From Octopus sinensis (Eukaryota), in NCBI RefSeq assembly GCF_006345805.1, contig NC_042998.1, forward strand, positions 153,698,001 through 153,762,000: DNA of 64,000 bases, written 5' to 3'. Positions 63,861-64,000 of this stretch are shown in pieces (position 1 is the stretch's first letter; each line of letters starts with the position of its first letter). Position numbers and translations under genes: made by a program. The notes under the pieces are model-generated. The model saw only the letters and a program-made list of their open reading frames with translations, was not told the origin of the DNA and did not search any database.

Positions 63861-64000
63861 TACAAGTAGATATGTTTTATATATGATCTTATACTCCTTC
63901 CTGTAACATTAATTAACACATGTGTGCAACACATAGTTACTACATCTGTATGTACTCTTCTAATACTCTCTAATATTTTTGAATAAATAGACACACTGCA

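Overview
AT-rich, microsatellite-laden animal genomic DNA; the repeat families suggest an octopus or other cephalopod (inference). The only host gene I can support is on the minus strand: three phase-compatible coding exons (18465-18577, 10712-10844, 4804-4952) encoding the HR1 domain and following linker of an F-BAR protein of the FNBP1L/CIP4/TOCA-1 family. The F-BAR exons and the SH3 exon were not found in the window. The rest is intron filled with nested mobile elements: RTE LINEs and their 3' tails, R4/Dong-like REL-endonuclease LINE pieces, a near full-length CR1/L2-group LINE, tRNA-derived SINEs, piggyBac, mariner, Helitron, a Gypsy derivative, Penelope-like pieces and kilobase (TA)n tracts. 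Most interesting observations: (1) a LINE ORF1 combining a Myb/SANT-like (trihelix-type) domain with a CCCH zinc finger; (2) candidate frame-preserving microexons upstream of the HR1 exon; (3) a covarying 3' stem-loop shared by the LINE and two SINE families; (4) hammerhead-ribozyme-like motifs; (5) a head-to-head RTE pair that could form a long intronic dsRNA. Element boundaries are read by eye and are approximate unless termini are quoted.
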